Positions 60,937 to 64,000 of a stretch of 64,000 bases of DNA are shown in pieces (the stretch's first letter is position 1; each line of letters begins with the position of its first letter). This stretch comes from an archaeon (lineage in GTDB: Archaea > Nanobdellota > Nanobdellia > Pacearchaeales > GW2011-AR1). Below the pieces are notes generated by a model. That model was not told where the DNA came from, searched no databases, and worked only from the letters and a program-made list of their open reading frames with translations. The DNA lies in the NCBI GenBank assembly GCA_018697035.1, contig JABHSE010000002.1, positions 155,160 to 219,159 of the forward strand, given 5' to 3'. The position numbers and the translations under genes are program-made.

Positions 60937-61404
60937 TCAGTTTTTCTTAATAAACCTTTCTTTGAACTTCAAAACCTTCCCAGCAAAAACCCTATCCGAA
61001 AAAATCTTCCTCCCATGAACCCCGGGGTCACCAGAGTCATCCCTTTTTGGGGAAAACGCCCCAACCTTCATCTCTGGAATCAAATGATAATGCAAATGAA
61101 CAATCGACTTCCCAACTTCTTTCAAATTTCCCTCACGATAAAGCACCGTCACATTCTTATATTTTTTATGAAGCTTCCTCATCCCATAATAAATCAACTT
61201 CTCAACAGCATCCTTCTCAGCTCTAGACATCAAGTTTAATCTCATATGATGCTTCCGACAAGTCACAATCAAATGATCCCGACAATAAGGCGCCTGAGCC
61301 AAAGTCAAAACCGCATATTTATTTTTCTTAACAATTTCATTATCCTTCAAGGTACAAAACGGACAAACATTGTTCTCCTTCAAAAAATCATCATACTTCA
61401 TCAC
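60937..61404 (-). CDS. HIT-family hydrolase/transferase
   Basis: Histidine triad SIVHLHYHLIP and N-terminal CPFC. Confidence 0.7.
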   Translation of the reverse strand: MMKYDDFLKENNVCPFCTLKDNEIVKKNKYAVLTLAQAPYCRDHLIVTCRKHHMRLNLMSRAEKDAVEKLIYYGMRKLHKKYKNVTVLYREGNLKEVGKSIVHLHYHLIPEMKVGAFSPKRDDSGDPGVHGRKIFSDRVFAGKVLKFKERFIKKN

Positions 61405-62588
61405 AACTTCTCACTTCGCTCAATAAATTTAAGCTTGTACTTCTTCCTCTTCCCTCGCCACTTGAAAACCTTGTCAACCCCCATAGCAATCAGTCCCAAA
61501 GCAACAACAAACAAAACACCACTAAGGGCAATCTCCGGTAACCCTTGAGGCTTCAAATATTTCAGCAACCCAGCAACAACCCCAAGCCCAACCAAAAACT
61601 GAATCGACTTCAAACCCTTAAAGCTACTCTTCTTCTCAACATCCTCCAAAACCCTAATTCCACTCTGAACATAATCAAGCGTCATCGCCCAAACCTCCTT
61701 AATATATTCAAGCGTATTAAACAAATCCTCAAACCGATACTGGAACAATTCAATCAATCTCTTGTCGGCATTAACCCTAGAACTAATATCCCGACGAGTC
61801 CGCGCATAATTACTCATCTGATTGATCCTATTCTTAATCAAAGAAACTGTCTTCTCATAACTATCCAGCATCGCCTTATGTTTCGCAATATCCCCACCAC
61901 GAACAAACTTACTTTCCTTAATCGCACTAATCTCTTCCCAAATCTTCCGATGAATATCAAGATACTTATGTAGTTGCAACTTAAAGTCACTAAAAAAAAT
62001 CTGCATCTCCGTTAGCGTTTCAAGCTCCCTCTTCCGACTCGCCGCAATATCAACAACAATATTTTCCTTAGTCTTTGAAACTTTAATATGATTAGATCTC
62101 GTCTCCAAGTAAACCTCACCAAACTCCTTTCCAACTTTAGACTTCAAAGGATCCCTAACAACTCTTTCAATAACAAAGGGATGCCTCTCTTCCATATTCG
62201 ACAAAATCTTCGGAGTCGGAGCCCCAAGCGAAAACAAATACTGAATAGCCGGCTGCCACCTCTTATCAAAATAATCCTTAACGATTCTTTTTCCCTTTTC
62301 GATATCAACCCCTTCCCAAGACAAAACATAAAGCCCATCCTCAAAATACTTAACTCGAACCCCATCCTTACTCATCACATCCAAATACTCCAGCGACCCA
62401 ACAACCCTCTTCATCGACTTCAACTTCAGCCCATTCCTCAAAGCCTTTAACTTAACCTTAGACAAATCCAAGTCACTAGTCCCATGCAACAAAAACCGAT
62501 GCACCTCACTCAAATGCAACGTCGTCCTCTGATACCATCCACCAAAAACAACTCTAACCTTACTCACCATCTCAACTTTCCAAAACAA
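61401..62588 (-). CDS. hypothetical protein with C-terminal TM helices
   Basis: 395 aa. C-terminal FLVGLGVVAGLLKYL...SGVLFVVALGLIAMGV. No family recognised. Confidence 0.5.
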   Translation of the reverse strand: MFWKVEMVSKVRVVFGGWYQRTTLHLSEVHRFLLHGTSDLDLSKVKLKALRNGLKLKSMKRVVGSLEYLDVMSKDGVRVKYFEDGLYVLSWEGVDIEKGKRIVKDYFDKRWQPAIQYLFSLGAPTPKILSNMEERHPFVIERVVRDPLKSKVGKEFGEVYLETRSNHIKVSKTKENIVVDIAASRKRELETLTEMQIFFSDFKLQLHKYLDIHRKIWEEISAIKESKFVRGGDIAKHKAMLDSYEKTVSLIKNRINQMSNYARTRRDISSRVNADKRLIELFQYRFEDLFNTLEYIKEVWAMTLDYVQSGIRVLEDVEKKSSFKGLKSIQFLVGLGVVAGLLKYLKPQGLPEIALSGVLFVVALGLIAMGVDKVFKWRGKRKKYKLKFIERSEKL

Positions 62589-62603
62589 AAATACTTTTTA
62601 TAC

Positions 62604-63269
62604 CTAGCGGTGTTTCAAAACCCCAACTCTCTCACAGTATTTGGCAACCAAACATTCCGAACACCACGGACTAACCGGCAAACAAGTCTCCCTCCCAAAC
62701 TGAACAAAAGCCGAATTAAACTCCTTCCAATATATCTTAGGCAAAATCTCCATCAATGCTTTCCCCGTCTCCTCCGGCGTCTTCGTTTCAATCCAACCCA
62801 TCCGATTAGGAATCCTATGACAATGAATATCAATAGGCAAAACCAACTGTCCATAAGCAAAAGCCAAAACAATATTCGCAGTCTTCGGACCCACATGCTT
62901 AATCCCAATCAACTCATCATAAGTCTTAGGGACCTCACTATCAAATTTATCAATCAAATCAGAACTAACCTCCTTCAAAGCAGCAGCCTTCTTATTAAAA
63001 TGCCCACTCCGAAAAATAATCTTCTTGAGCTGTGCCATAGGTAACTTTACAATCGTCTCAGGCGTATTAGCAACCTTAAACAAATCCCGACTAACAACAT
63101 CCGTCACCTCATCCCGCGCCCTCAAAGAAAGCAAACAAGAAATCAAAATCTCAAAAGCACTAGCCTTCCCCCTCATAGTATTAAGCGTAGTCGTAGACCT
63201 AGGATACTTCTTTCCCAAAATCCGCATAGTCTTAGAAATATTAATCATATTAGAAAGGAGATAATCCAC
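62604..63269 (-). CDS. nth: endonuclease III (Nth)
   Basis: HhH-GPD (LIGIKHVGPKTANIVL) plus the Fe-S loop C-x6-C-x2-C-x5-C (CLPVSPWCSECLVAKYC). Confidence 0.85.
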   Translation of the reverse strand: MDYLLSNMINISKTMRILGKKYPRSTTTLNTMRGKASAFEILISCLLSLRARDEVTDVVSRDLFKVANTPETIVKLPMAQLKKIIFRSGHFNKKAAALKEVSSDLIDKFDSEVPKTYDELIGIKHVGPKTANIVLAFAYGQLVLPIDIHCHRIPNRMGWIETKTPEETGKALMEILPKIYWKEFNSAFVQFGRETCLPVSPWCSECLVAKYCERVGVLKHR

Positions 63270-64000
63270 TCACAGGAATACCCGGGATACTTTTAACCTT
63301 GAATCCCTCCTTTTCAATTTCACTTCTCAAATTATCTGAAGATTCATAGTTTTTATTTTTTCTCGCCTCATCCATCTTATCTCTAAGTTCTTCTATTTTT
63401 TTCGGTACCTCAACCTCATTCTTCTCCAACAAATCCAACCCCAAAACCTCATCCATCTTCTTCAAAGCTCCAACCTTCCCCTTCTCTTCCCCCCGAACTA
63501 AATCCCAAACAACAGCCAACCCACCAGGCATATCCAAATCATCACTAACCCTTTCCTTAAATTTATCAACAGCTTCCTCATTAACTTTCTTATCATCTTC
63601 GAGAGCCAAACAAGCATTTTTCAACTTCCGATACGAATTAACAGCCCCATCCATAGCCTCCTCATTCCAAGCCAAAGGCTTCCGATATTTAGCAGTCAAA
63701 CAAAGATACCTATAAGCAAGCGGATCAATCCCTTTGCTCTCCAAATCTCCAATAGTCTCAATCTTCCCCAAACTCTTACTCATCTTCCCACCCTTAACAG
63801 TTAAGAACGCAGAATGCACCCAGTAGTTCACAGCCCTCTTATCAAAACAACAATTCGACTGCGCAATCTCATTCTCATGATGAACAGGTATATGGTCTTC
63901 ACCTCCAGTATGAATATCAAAAGTTTCCCCCAAATATTTCGCAGCCATAGCCGAACACTCAATATGCCAACCCGGAAATCCAACACCCCACGGACTATCC
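63250..64000 (-). CDS. cysS: cysteinyl-tRNA synthetase, C-terminal part (5' end beyond the right window edge)
   Basis: The frame stays open upstream of the track's Met. Hand translation of 63949-63999 gives ...PGWHIECSAMA, followed by DIHTGGEDHIPVHHENEIAQS and KMSKSLG. Confidence 0.9.
   Translation of the reverse strand, partial: DSPWGVGFPGWHIECSAMAAKYLGETFDIHTGGEDHIPVHHENEIAQSNCCFDKRAVNYWVHSAFLTVKGGKMSKSLGKIETIGDLESKGIDPLAYRYLCLTAKYRKPLAWNEEAMDGAVNSYRKLKNACLALEDDKKVNEEAVDKFKERVSDDLDMPGGLAVVWDLVRGEEKGKVGALKKMDEVLGLDLLEKNEVEVPKKIEELRDKMDEARKNKNYESSDNLRSEIEKEGFKVKSIPGIPVSGLSPF

Noticed and set aside
1-64000. Replication origin in the window
   Set aside because: There is no Orc1/Cdc6 gene and no long AT-rich region with ORB-like inverted repeats. 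The strand skew never changes sign.

Overview
Archaeal chromosomal segment. Gene content suggests a small-genome DPANN-type archaeon (inference): r-proteins P0/P1/L1/L11/L40e/L37Ae, RpoP, Spt5, SecE, aIF5A, PCNA, a fused primase, class I LysRS, Taw1, Dph2, TrmY, FtsZ plus SepF, and form III RuBisCO plus AMP phosphorylase. Genes are tightly packed, with many ATGA start/stop overlaps. I call about 85 protein genes and 3 tRNAs (Ser-UGA, Ser-CGA, Pro-UGG). I see no rRNA, CRISPR array, transposase or integrase.

Four things stand out.

(1) A ~16 kb co-directional minus-strand cluster (25157-41018) encodes six proteins with type IV prepilin-like (class III) signal peptides and three giant Cys-rich membrane/surface proteins. 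It consists of two paralogous modules. One module carries a 1286-aa fusion of two proteins that are separate genes in the other. No assembly ATPase, platform protein or prepilin peptidase lies in the window. This is my best candidate for an undescribed surface or cell-cell contact system.

(2) A family of GC-rich tandem heptamer arrays recurs through the window: plus-strand TCCYAAC / CCCCAAC / CCGACNA, G-rich on the minus strand. They sit in the leader-coding 5' ends of cluster genes, flank two inserted four-helix-bundle (23S rRNA IVS family) genes, and occur as in-frame inserts inside housekeeping genes (Taw1, primase). Triplets of TCCGYG at a 9-10 nt period also occur.

(3) Strand asymmetry is extreme. 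The plus strand is A+C-rich and G-poor regardless of gene orientation, so plus- and minus-strand genes use different codon dialects. The plus strand is also full of stop-free antisense shadow ORFs. Genes that break this rule mark recent insertions.

(4) Several short hairpin-containing segments are bracketed by direct repeats, at two tRNA genes and inside a pilin-like gene.

All functional calls rest on motif recognition by eye. No database search was run.
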